Source of the DNA: Prorocentrum cordatum | Taxonomy: Eukaryota | Length of the DNA stretch: 64,000 bases | Assembly: GCA_963575745.1 (NCBI GenBank) | Contig: CAUYUJ010000081.1 | Coordinates: 496,001 to 560,000 of the forward strand | Direction: 5' to 3' | Shown here: positions 53,200 to 64,000 of the stretch, piece by piece | How positions within the stretch are numbered: the stretch's first letter is position 1 | Layout of the letters: each line of letters opens with the position of its first letter | Notes under the pieces: model-generated | Told to the model about the DNA's origin: nothing | Database searches by the model: none | Seen by the model: the letters and a program-made list of their open reading frames with translations, nothing else | Position numbers and translations under genes: made by a program

Positions 53200-55029
53200 A
53201 GATGTCCTACACTCATACATACATTATGTATACATATACGTGTGTGCAGAGCATGTGTAGAAATGTATACACGTGCATATACAAGCATACATACATACAT
53301 ACATACATACATACATACATACATACATACATACATACATACATGCATGCATGCATACATACATATATACTTACTTACATACATACGTACATACATACAC
53401 AAACACATGCATGCATGCATGCATGCATGCATGCATGCATATACATACATATACATACATACATGCATGCATATCCGCCGGCCCCCTTGTGGGGCCACCA
53501 GGCTGTAGGCGCGGGTTCGCAGTTTCCAGTATCAATTGTAGTTTGTAGTTTCCAGTGTTACAGTTCTGCTTCTTGCTGGTTACTGTAACTAATTGACTGA
53601 CCGCGCGAGGGGGGGGAGGCCAAAACGGGACTTTTAGCACCCCCTGGGCGCGTTGTCTGAATTGCTGGGGGGGCTCGAAATCCACACCCCTCACGCAGAT
53701 CCGCGGGGTCAGGGTCCAAAAACACAAGTGATGTGCCACATTTCTGAAATTCGGTGCCACCCCTCACGCAGATCCGCGGGGTCAGGGTCCAAAAACACAG
53801 GGATTTGCCACATTTCTGAAATTCGGTGCCACCCCTCACGCAGATCCGCGGGGTCAGGGTCCAAAAACAAAAGGGATTTGCCACATTTCTGAAATTCGGT
53901 GCCACCCCTCACGCAGATCCGCGGGGTCAGGGTCCAAAAACACATGGGATTTGCCACATTTCTGAAATTCGGTGCCACCCCTCACGCAGATCCGCGGGGT
54001 CAGGGTCCAAAAACACATGGGATTTGCCACATTTCTGAAATTCGGTGCCACCCCTCACGCAGATCCGCGGGGTCAGGGTCCAAAAACACATGGGATTTGC
54101 CACATTTCTGAAATTCGGTGCCACCCCTCACGCAGATCCGCGGGGTCAGGGTCCAAAAACACATGGGATTTGCCACATTTCTGAAATTCGGTGCCACCCC
54201 TCACGCAGATCCGCGGGGTCAGGGTCCAAAAACACATGGGATTTGCCACATTTCTGAAATTCGGTGCCACCCCTCACGCAGATCCGCGGGGTCAGGGTCC
54301 AAAAACACATGGGATTTGCCACATTTCTGAAATTCGGTGCCACCCCTCACGCAGATCCGCGGGGTCAGGGTCCAAAAACACATGGGATTTGCCACATTTC
54401 TGAAATTCGGTGCCACCCCTCACGCACATCCATCGCAAGGCGTGGTAACCCAAACTGCGAGTACTCCCTCGGCCCTTGAATCCCAAGGTGTGGTAACCAA
54501 GCTCGTAAACCATACACGTCTTACCAATCGCCCTGTGTGGTAACCCCTCTTGTGATCAGTTGGTTTTGCCGATTGCGAATCGGCCTCGCATGAAGTTCCG
54601 ATACTGCTGCACGACAGCGCCAAAGCCTCATGACTTAGCTCTTCCATGGCCCATTATCCGAGAGAGGGGGCCGGCGGCAGGGGGCGAAGCCCTTACGAAT
54701 ATACATACATACATACATACATACATGCATACATACATACATACATACATACATACATACATACTTACATACGTACATACATACATACATACATACATAC
54801 ATGCATACATACATACATACATACATACATGCATGCATGCATGCCTACATACATACATACATACATACATACATACATACCTACCTACCTACCTACATAC
54901 ATACATACATACATACATACATACATACGTACATCCATCCATCCATGCATGCATGCATGCATGCATGCATGCATGCATACATGCATGCATACATGCATAC
55001 ATACATACATACATACATACATACATACA

Positions 55030-55060
<31 letters not shown>

Positions 55061-55092
55061 GTACATACATACACACATACATATGTATATAC

Positions 55093-55123
<31 letters not shown>

Positions 55124-55146
55124 CATACATACATACATACATACAT
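53200..55146. repeat. (ACAT)n/(GCAT)n microsatellite split by family A copy 2
   Basis: Tracts at 53200-53472 and 54701-55146. Confidence 0.95.
53473..54700 (+). mobile_element. Family A element, copy 2 (10 x 73-bp array)
   Basis: Same ends and interior as 2985-4198. Confidence 0.85.
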
Positions 55147-56789
55147 AGTGGCTTCGTTTCTCGTTGTGAGAAAGCTGGGAACACCCCGAACTCGCGCTCC
55201 CTGGCCCTCCGCAAGTTCTATGATCTCCCCCCCCCAGAGCCCGTCCGCATCGATTCTCTCGAGCAGCCGTGCGGCTCCCTCGAAATTTCCCTGGACGCCT
55301 CCTTTCGTGCCTCTGAACGCCTCCTTTCGTGCCCCAGGGCCTCCGTCGAGACTTGCGCGAGGAAAACGCCACCACATGACACTTACACAGCACACCAAAG
55401 TGCCAAGCCACATGCAAACCGCCTGATCCCCTGAACCCAAAACAACTGCTCAAAGTAGACCGTGATGAAGCGAGCAAGGCGCCGGTAAGTCGAGAATTCG
55501 GTTGAGCGAAGGTGTCCAGAATCCCAGGCGTCGCGCTTTTGTTTGCGAAAGAAACACTACGGCTCTCGACCCCGCCCCTGGGACCGGATGTTCGTCGCGG
55601 GCCGCACTTTGCTGGCCCCTGGGCCCGAAACTATCCCCGAGCACCAAAAACGCGGAAAAACGCCAGCCGCCCCATTCTTATTTGCGAAGCCTTGAGGCCT
55701 GGCGAAATTGGGCCGTCGGAAGATGGAGTGCGCCGAAGAGGGAGGACGGGAAGAGGGAGGGGGGTGCGCATCAGGGCCCGGCCAGAGAGCGTGCTGAACA
55801 AGGAGACCACAACATCTGGGAAATCTCGTGGCCCCCGCCACGATTTCCCTCCCAGTCCTCACCCCACCCCCCTTTGTGGACGCCCCCAAGGCAGTTTTTG
55901 GTGTGTGGCGACTCGGGTCCAGCAAGCGGACAAGCAAACGGCGGGACGCATCCGTTGCGAATTGAGGCACAATGGCAAAGGCGGGGCGATGGGCGAGGAG
56001 AAAGGCCGCGGGACGGCCGGAGAACCCTCAGATCGTGCAGACCTTCAGGAATTTGCCTGGGAGCAGACTCAGTCACGACACAGCCAGTGCTAACGAACAG
56101 ACCAGGGACATAGACGACGCAATCGAGTGGCCCATGGTAAAGCCAGGAAGTACCGATACCGCTATTCCCTGGACTTCTCCAGGGGTGCGTTCTGAGCAGA
56201 ACTTCGAAGCGAACCCAGCGGTGGCGACGAGGGCCTCCCAGGAGGGCCAAGCAGGCGAAAACGAGGCAATGGCAGCGGTATCGGTACCTTATCCTCATCT
56301 GATGGGGGCGCCCAAAATTGGCACGGACAAAATGGGCACGATGCTCAACAACAGACGCTGTCCAACACCGACGGCGGACGCTGGTGGGCAGACGGCCTTC
56401 TGTCTCAAATGGACGTCCCCGGCGACACCGACAGCGGGTCCTCTTCCAAATGAACGCGACATGCGGTCGGCCTCTGCACACATGATTTGTCAATATAGCG
56501 CCCGATATACCGAGTTATGTGTACGCTGTCTCGTGTATTAGCACAGCTCAGCAGCTTCAGCACAGCATGATGTGTTGCAAGCAGTTGTTTCACATGTCTG
56601 TCACATTGCCATGTGATGTTCAGGGGCCCCCGAGTCAAGTCCGCCGATCCGGCGTGTGCGTTTCTGAGAGCGTGGACTTGAGTTCGCTCAAGCTTCGCTC
56701 TGCAGGGGGGGGGGGGCACGTTATTTCCGACGTCATTTCTCCACGGGGACAGGGGGGTATAGAAAACTCCAATTCCGGAGCCCCGACAG

Positions 56790-57157
56790 CTCGCCTGGGA
56801 GCGCCTGGGAGCATGCCGGGAACGCCTGGGAGCGCCTGGGATCGCCTGCGAGCGCCTGGGAACGCCTGGGAACGCCTGGGAGCGTGCCAGGAGCGTGCCG
56901 GGAGCGCCTGGGAACGTGCCGGGAGCGCCTGGGAGCGTGCCGGGAGCGCTTGGGAGCGTGCCGGGAGCGCTTGGGAGCGTGCCGGGAGCGCCTGGGAGCG
57001 CCTGGGAGCGCTTGGGAGCGCCTGGGAGCGCCTGGGAGCGCCTGAGAGCGCCTGGGAGCGCCTGGGAGCGCCTGGTAGCGTGCCGGAAGCGCCTGGGAGC
57101 GTGCCGGGAGCGTGCCGGGAGCGCCTGGGAGCGCCTGGAAGCGCCTGGGAGCGCCTG
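56790..57157. repeat. 10-bp minisatellite (GGGAGCGCCT/GGGAGCGTGCC)
   Basis: Read directly from the sequence. Confidence 0.95.
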
Positions 57158-57519
57158 ACGGCCCAGGAGCGCCACAAAACGACCCAAGTCCAGAGCCCAG
57201 TTCGCTCTGCAGGGGGGGCCCACATTATTTCCGATGTCATTTCCGACTTTTTTCGGTGCACGGGGACGGGGGTATAGAAAACTCCAATTCCGGAGCCCCG
57301 ACAGCCCAAGACAGCCCAAGAGGAAGCCAAGAGAGGCCCAAGAGGCCCCCTAGACAATGCGAGAGGGCCCCGAATCGCCGAAACATCGCTCGAACCGCCC
57401 ACGATGCCCCGAAGACAATTCCAGAAACCTCCACGACGACCCCAGGATCCCTCCCGACACTCCCCCAGAATGCCCAAAGACTGACAAATAGACCCATCCC
57501 CTGGGGAAAACGAAAGTGA

Positions 57520-60500
57520 AGAAAGCTGTGCTCGACACGTACGGAGCCGAAGCTATGCCCGACAAGCGTGACGTGAAATGAGTGGAGAAGATGCTGGTCG
57601 GTCAGAGCTTGAAGGACGACGTGAACTACACGAACGATTACGAGTGGGAGCGACGCCTGGGCTACTAAGACTCGTACCTGGAGGAGGAAGAGTATGAGGA
57701 CGACGAAGAGTACGACTACGAGGAGCACGAGGAGGCCGACGTTGCGGACGAGCTGTCGCAGGAGGTCGATGAGGCCCAAGTGGCGTGCTACGAGGCCTAC
57801 CTCAGCTTCGTGGATGCGAAGAAGCGTGTGGCGGAGATCGCCAAACCCAGAGGTTTCTACCCGATCGTCGCCCTCGCACCCGAGAACAACTACCAGCGCG
57901 ACGGCCGCGCAGGACCCACGAGAGCGACGAGATCAGGCACTGGCAAAGGCAAAGGACGTGGCAAAGGTAAAGGACGCGGCAAAAGGTTTGGCCCACCACG
58001 TCGAGAAGCTTTCTGGCCCCAGAAGGGAGCGTTTGGAAAGGGTGCGCCATCATCATCAGCGGGGTCGACTGCATCGGGTGCGACCCAGCAGCACGGCTCG
58101 TCATGCACGGGGGCTTCACCAAGCCCGACGACGAGGCACGCGTGGTGGAGGATGTTGAGACGCTGGAGCATACCAACTCAACCGAGAAAATCTTCCTGCT
58201 GACCATAGGCAACGATATCAGCGATGGAGGCGCCACGCGGCCCGCCATGGGCGACAAGGCGTGGGCGCAGTGGGAGGAGCTCCTTCGTTTCAGGCAATTG
58301 CTACACGAGGTCGAGTACAGCAAGAGTGATACACGCTTCCGATTCGGAGACGGTAAGAGTCTGGAGGCTAAGCAAGCGGTGACTCTGACTGCGTGGCCGT
58401 TCGGCGTCAAGTAGCAGATCACGATCCATATCGTCGAAGGTTGGAAGCCGCTGCTGATCGCGCGGCCCTGCATGGAAGAGTGAGCCTTGATCCAGGACTA
58501 CCGAGCTGGAACGTTCACGATGAAGGATCTCCCCGACAAGAGCTGGATGAAGTCCGAGCGCGACGAGCAGGGCCATTTCATGATCGACCTGTTGGGTGGA
58601 ACTGGTCGCGACGCCGACGATGTCATGAACGACGGAGCCCCCATCGATGGCGACGACCGCAGCAGCGACTCGACGGACAAAAACATTAAAGGAGATTCGG
58701 TCAAGGGCGACGACGGCGACGACGGGGACTCGTCGGCGCCTGACCCCGACGCCTTTTACCTTCAGACGCGGACGGAGTTCTACGAGATCGGCAGCGACGA
58801 CGAGACCCTGACCACGGAAGAGGTCATGGGCCCGGAGCGCCACCTGATGGACGCGGACACCCACTCGGACCTGGTCCTGGCGCTGGAGCAGCCGGCGTCC
58901 GACATGAAGGACACGCTGCGCGGGCCGCGCAAGCGGCTGGTCTGAGAGGTCTTCGTGGAGCAGGGGGCTTTGTCGCAGGAACTGCTCGTTTCCGCAGATC
59001 GAGGTGATCCAATTCAAGATCGAGGACGGTTGGGACTTCTCCAAGCGCGCCGTGATCCGCGACTTCCTGAACAAGATCGACAACGACAAGCCCGACGATA
59101 TCTTCTTCGCTCCCCCGTGCAAGCACTGGTGCTCCTGGCAACACGTGAACGAGAAGATCTCTGAGGAGCGCGCCAAGGACATCAATGTTGCCAGAGAGCA
59201 AGAACAGCGGACGCTTCTCAACATGATTATGACGGCGTGTGTGAAGCAGCAGAACGGAAACCGACACGCGCACGTAGAAGGCCCGTGGCAGGGGCTACAC
59301 TGGCGGACGAAGACATGGAAGAAGTTGCCAGGATATCACTGCAGGCTCGATCAGTGCAGGTTCGCAGCAACGTACACGATCCATGGCAAAGACATGCCAT
59401 ACCAGAAACCCACGAGACTGCAGCATCGACCAACAAGGAGTTCATTCAGCACATGACCCTGGCACGCGCGTGCGCGGACGACCAAGTGATCCTGCGGGGC
59501 AAGCTCGCCCAGCAAGCTCGGAACTACCCGAGACCGATGGCGAGGGGGATGGCCTACCTGATCGCCGACCAGGGCATGGCCGACGACATCAGCGACATCA
59601 ACACGGCCGAGGAGGTCTAAAAGGACATCGACGCCATCGAGTACACCGACATGAAGCAGGAGTTGATGAGGCAGTTCAACGCGTCGACGATCCGAGCAGT
59701 CAAGCGTGCACATGTCAGCCTGGGCCACCCTTCGAACGCAGCGCGGGCGGTCGCCATGCAGCATGCGGGTGCTCCAGCAGAGTGGATCCAGTGCGCCAGG
59801 CTCTTCCAGTGCGAGATCTGCCTAGGCAGGCAGAGGCCCCGAGCGGTTCGCGTCGCAGTCCTGCCGAGGGCCAAGAGGTTCAACGAGGTGGTCTGCACCG
59901 ACGTGCACTGCATCACCTGGAAGAAGAAGGCGAGGAAGATCCTGGCCAGTATAGACGAGTTTACACGCTACGAGGTCGACTACCAGATCTCGAAAGAGAC
60001 GTTCCTGAATGAGACGAAACTATGGGAGAAGCTCTGGATCAGCCGGGCCGGCAAGCCTGAGCCGATGCGCATGGACATGGGCGGCTCTCACACGGCCAAG
60101 CGCACGCGCGACTGGATGAGCAAGCACGGCATCAAGCTCGATCTGACCCCGAAAGGTGCGCACCACAGGTTAGGCCCGATGGAGCGGAGCCACGCGGTCA
60201 GCTCAGCAAGTACCATCTGCAGTTACCCGACGACTCGCTCAAGACCGCCCTCAGGATGACCGCCAGCCAGCGGAACACCCTGAGGAACGCGCACGGGTTC
60301 TCGCCCGCGGCGGTGGCGTTGGGGACGCAGCCCAAGATCCCAGGCGCCCTCTGCGACCGCGCTGGTCGACCCCAAGAGCGAGGTGCCCGAGATGATGATC
60401 TGGAGAACGACCGCCGCGACGGCCCTCATCGAGGCCAAGTGCTCGCGCGCCGCGCGATCGGCGCTGCTGGCGCACAGCAGGCCAGCGAGGAGGAACTACG

Positions 60501-63410
60501 AGGTCGGCGAGTGGGTCTACTTCTGGCTATCCGAGCATACGCAGGGGATGGAGAAGTGCCATTGGTACGGCCCAGCTCTGGCGGTAGCAGTGGAGGCGAA
60601 AATCAACGAGGACAACGCGATGCACACCTCGGCGACGCACGGACGCGCGATCTACCCTTGCAGCTTGGAGCAGCTTCGCCCCGAGCTGCCAGGCGAGGCC
60701 CGCGAACGAGAAGGACGCAGCGAGGACCCCGACAGCCCGCTCAGCACGATCGAGAAGTTCAGGCGCGTGCTCAGGCGGACGAAGGGAACCTGCAACTACC
60801 GAGACCTCGCCGAGGAGGGGCGCTTGCCACAGTACGACGACAACATGGACGACATGGGCGAGCAGCAGCAGCCAAGCGCCCAGGCACCCATGGAGGTGGA
60901 CGAGACCGACGGCCCGACAGGTGCAGCTGCCGCGGCGGCCCCTGGAGATCCTCACCCGACGACGGCCCTGCAGCGGCCAGCGCCGGCGCGTCTGGCAGCG
61001 CTGCGCGGGGGCCTAGCAGGTTCCACATCGAGGCGATGGCATGTCGAGGAGGCTGAGAAGCTGGACGGCATCCCGCTGGCCAAAGCCCTCGCCTGTCACG
61101 GGCGAAGCTCGCCCCGCAGAGCGAGGAGGCTGCGCTCGCCGACGAGGTGAACGACGAGATGCTGCTGTTGGAGGAGTCCACAGAGACGGTCTACATGCTG
61201 GCCTTAAGAGGAAAGCCCCCACCATCGTGGAGGGCAGGTTGACGCCCGAGGAGAAGGACCAGTTCTACGCGGCGAAGCTGGAGGCCCTCGAGGCTTTCAA
61301 TCGCAATGACGGCTGGGAGCCCATCAACGAGGCGGATGGGAATCCCTGAGACTGCTCCCCCTACGCTTCCTACTCAAATGGAAAATGAAGGATGGGCAGA
61401 AGGTGGCCAACGCGCGCGTACTCTACCAAGGGTTCAAGCACCGCGACGTCGCCGAGGGCCAGCTCGACAGGTAGGCGTCGACCCTCAGACGGTCATGCTG
61501 TGGGCGTCTCTAAGGAAGTGGAGGCTGTTCAGCGCGGATGTGAAGTCCGCATTCCTGCAGGCTGAGGACGCGGGCGCACGCGGCCTCAAGCTGCGCGCGA
61601 GCCCGACGAAGAAGATTAGAGAGATGCTCTCTCACCAAATCGGCCTACAACCTGGACAACTGCTCAAGATGATCAAGCCGTGTTTTGGTGACCCGCGGTC
61701 GCCCAGGCTTTGGCGCTACCGCTCCGACGAAGTCGCAGAGGTGATCGGGCTCAGGAACCACAAGCTCGAGGATTACCTGATGCTGTCCCTGCGCCCGGCG
61801 AGGGTGGTCGACGACGACCCGCTCGACGCGCGCAGCTTCGAGGGCCAAACCTACGCGGTGGATGGCCTGATCGGCAGGCACGTGGACGACTTCATCGGGC
61901 GCGGCAAGGGCGCGACGAACGAACAGGACCTCTACGCGAAGCTTGAGGGGCCCTCAAAGAGAAGTTCAACTTCGGCAAGTGGGAGCTCGGACCGAGTCTG
62001 ATCTTCACTGGAGGCGACGTGGAGCAGTCCCTGAGCACCTAAAGCGCGACCCTCAAGTTCGAGAAGTACCTGCACGCGGTGAAACCCAACATCGTCGAGA
62101 AGCATCGGAGAGCTGACCCCTTGAGTGTGCTGTCGCCGAAGGAGCCGACGAACTTCAGGACCCTGACTGGACAGCTGCAGTGGCGGGCAGCCCAAGGATT
62201 GATCATAGCAGCGGCTACCGTGTCCTTCTGAGCTTCGGCGACAGGTCGAACACCGTGCAAGGACCTCTTGGATGCGAACAATGCCAACGCGGACGTAGGG
62301 CTGTACTTCGGGTTCGACAAGGCCTGGAGCAACCTGCGAGTTGGCAACTACACCGACGCTAGCTGGGCGAGCCGACATGACTGCAATTTGCAAGGAAGCT
62401 ACGCGATCTCCATCGGACCCGCGGACGAGCTCAACGCCGGCACCCCCGCACCTGTTGTGGCCATGGAACGGGGCTCGCTGTCGGCGGAGGCCCAGGCAGC
62501 AGCCTTGGGCGCAGAGTCGCTGATGTTGGTGAAGGTCTATCTGGCGTGGAGCTTACGACCCGACCTGGAGCTCGAAGAAGTGATGACGTACCTGGGAGAG
62601 TCGCCGTTCATCACGGACGCGAAGTGTCTCTACGACGCGTCGCGCTCAGCGACGGCAGGCCTGGGCATCACGGAGAAGAGGACGGCAATCGAGGTGAAGA
62701 TCGTGAACTAGCAAATGGCGGAGACAGGCGCCACCTAGAAGTGGGTGAACACGCACCAGCAGATGGCGGACGGACTTACCAAGCTCTCGTCCCGCCAGAT
62801 GATGGCAGACGTGCTACGCCGTAGAGTGCATGCGTTGCGCTACGACCCCGACTTCGTAGCCGGCAAGAAGCTCTCCAAGAGGGCCATGGAGCAACGCGAG
62901 AAGGGGCTGGATGAGGCTGGTGAGGCGCTGCACGACACCCTCGAGACACCGCCTGTGACGAAGGCGAAGGAGAAAACGAAGGTCAAGGGCAAGCGCCATT
63001 TTGGCGCGACTGGAGCGAAGCTCGCTGCGGCATTGGCAGCTAGCGCTGGCAGCAGTGCGGCAGGTCAGGTGGTACAGTACACGCCCAGCGGCGTCGAGCT
63101 GTTCAGCCCACCGACGCTGGCCGACTTGTGGTGCCATTATACTGCGGGTTCCGTGTTGGAATATGGTGGACACACTTGACCAAGTAGCTCGAGCACGACA
63201 TGAAGATCGAGAAGACGCGCGAGCCCGAGACAGAGCCGGTGCCCATCAGAGTCACGACGACTGCGACCGGGACCGACCCGAAGCCGACGAAGCAGAAGAA
63301 GATGCGCAGCGTGCTCGTCCAGTCGCAGTGTCGCTACAACCTGGATCTCAGCACGCCGAGGTTCCAGCCGTTGCCCGAGTACGTTCATGGAGCTTTCGTA
63401 ACAGGATGAA
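57520..63410 (+). mobile_element. Degenerate Ty1/copia retrotransposon internal region (gag tail-PR-[MTase]-IN-RT-RNaseH), 5' truncated
   Basis: GKGKGRGKGKG gag tail (~57941). Protease DGGAT...FRFGDG...PLLI (from 58223). Integrase HVSLGH...CEIC, TDV, DEFT, RMDMG, ERSH (59710-60195). RT SADVKSAFLQ, HVDDF (61530-61895). RNase H YTDASWA, SAEAQA, TDAKCLYD, ADGLTK (62349-62785). Integrase before RT is the copia order. Many stops and frameshifts. Confidence 0.92.
58937..59570 (+). pseudogene. C5-cytosine DNA methyltransferase-like domain within the copia polyprotein
   Basis: Ordered motifs: LV*EVFVEQGALS (motif I-like), GWDF, DIFFAPPC (catalytic PC, 59112-59120), HVEGP (motif VI-like, 59271-59285), LDQCRF...QKPTR (motif VIII-like), ARNYPRPMARGMA (motif X-like). 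Confidence 0.7.
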
Positions 63411-64000
63411 GGGGTACCCAGAGGCCGTTTTAGCATGAGGCCAGTTTAGCATGATGGTCGGCAAAGCCGACGTGAGAGACTCCGTCGGCGGAAGCCGACT
63501 CGTACGTGAGTGCTCCGAGGAACACACCTTGTGCGTGTATCTGCACGGCGAAATAGACCGATCGCTGGGCGTGCTGACAAATTAACGTCGCTGTCGCGAC
63601 CGCCGGTGAGTTTCACATTCGAATCAGACTGCCTTGTGCCGGGAACCCGCGGTGTTGGCATAATTGTATCTGTTTTAGTTTCGGTCCTGTTCCCGTTTCG
63701 AGTTTCCTGGTAAAATTCTGGGGGGCCCTGATCTTGGCAATGTGCGTTGTTGAGCGAATATGTGAAAAACAACTATTTGTTCCGCCCGTGTCAATATAAC
63801 CCCCGTTATACCGAGTTATGTGTACGTAGTCTTGTGTATTATCACAGCTCAGCAGGTTCAGCATAGCATGATGTGTTATAAGCAGTTGTTTCACATATGT
63901 CTGTACCATTACCATTTGATGTTCAGGGGCCCCTGAGTCAGGTAAAGGTTGCGTATCTCACGAGCTGATACGATGATCAAGATCATCTGTGATATCGAAC

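Noticed and set aside
58400..62740. Stop codons in copia as a methylation/deamination signature or alternative genetic code
   Set aside because: Any stop can be one transition from a sense codon, and frameshifts are also frequent. Ordinary decay explains it without an ancestral consensus.

Overview
Eukaryotic, GC-rich, repeat-dominated DNA. A dinoflagellate origin (Prorocentrum-like) is inferred from the retroelement motifs and the AG|G exon borders with GC/GA splice donors. There is no intact gene, rRNA, tRNA or CRISPR array, and most ORFs in the track are artefacts of simple or tandem repeats. Contents: (1) a decayed Ty1/copia retrotransposon (~57520-63410, +) with a C5-cytosine-methyltransferase-like domain between protease and integrase; (2) decayed non-LTR retroelements (1-1631 +; ~6790-10470 -); (3) several families of non-autonomous, satellite-carrying elements that share one end structure: a terminal inverted repeat whose partner lies ~15-25 nt inside the other end, usually next to a small hairpin. 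One copy holds a PIF1-type helicase remnant, which suggests Helentron/Helitron2-like rolling-circle elements; (4) TIR elements nested in these; (5) a speculative chain of phase-compatible micro-exons on the minus strand in the unique spacers between repeats. All calls were made by eye, without database searches.
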